A stretch of DNA of 56,464 bases from Candidatus Delongbacteria bacterium (lineage in GTDB: Bacteria > JAGOEH01). The stretch is from NCBI GenBank assembly GCA_017997825.1, contig JAGOEH010000001.1:1-56464 (forward strand), read 5' to 3'. The notes below the pieces were generated by a model. That model saw only the letters and a list, made by a program, of their open reading frames with translations, ran no database searches and was not told where the DNA came from. The position numbers and the translations under genes are program-made. Shown one piece after another: positions 56,355 through 56,464 of this stretch. Within the stretch, counting starts at the first letter, position 1. Each line of letters starts with the position of its first letter.

Positions 56355-56464
56355 TTAGTCAAAGAGCGACAATTGGTTACCAAAATTTGACATAAAAACT
56401 TGTTCATCAATTTTGCTAACCAATTCCAGGATAGGCTCTTGCTCAAAAACAGAGGTGCTCAAAA
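56355..56464 (-). CDS. possible 3' end of a gene entering from beyond the right edge
   Basis: A minus-strand frame is open from the window edge and reads ...STSVFEQEPILELVSKIDEQVFMSNFGNQLSLFD, with stop TAA at 56357-56355. A hairpin plus T-rich tract (56244-56266) lies ~90 nt downstream. It is too short to classify. Confidence 0.25.
   Translation of the reverse strand, partial: LSTSVFEQEPILELVSKIDEQVFMSNFGNQLSLFD

Noticed and set aside
56231-56446. 71-aa minus-strand ORF with a TTG start, considered as a transposase fragment.
   Set aside because: The product is Trp/Arg-rich and looks out of frame. Its last nine codons are the hairpin plus T-tract of a terminator, and another frame is open to the window edge. 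I recognise no transposase motif.

Overview
This is a gene-dense 56.5-kb bacterial chromosomal window with about 45 protein genes, one tRNA and one riboswitch. All functional calls come from motif-level reading of the supplied translations and hand inspection of the DNA. No alignments or covariance models were run.

Gene content, left to right:
- Two secreted proteins with T9SS-type C-terminal sorting domains (a 5'-partial protein and an S8 protease), with manC between them.
- A Tyr/His-rich and Ser-rich lipoprotein translationally coupled to a FadL/PorV-like barrel, then an OPT transporter.
- scpA-scpB-rluB and a 5'-nucleotidase.
- An XRE-HTH::ImmA/IrrE fusion and a YprB/MrfB-like exonuclease directly upstream of recA-recX.
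- rel and an orphan STAS protein.
- The long rimP-nusA-infB-DUF503-rbfA-nrnA-truB-ribF-rpsO-pnp cluster.
- A TPP riboswitch controlling a TonB-dependent receptor / thiamine pyrophosphokinase / SSS-permease operon, followed by exbB-exbD-tonB.
- A DnaQ-exonuclease::DinG helicase that keeps an Fe-S cysteine motif.
- fba, a GT39-type glycosyltransferase, tRNA-Val(GAC) and a DUF1343/NamZ-like gene.
- A GC-rich RND permease-adaptor-permease operon.
- At the right edge, a strongly AT-rich island of uncharacterised extracytoplasmic proteins.

The T9SS-like CTDs suggest an FCB-superphylum-like organism (inference). The intergenic regions nevertheless carry canonical TTGACA-17-TATAAT promoters. I recognised no CRISPR array, rRNA, integrase or transposase.
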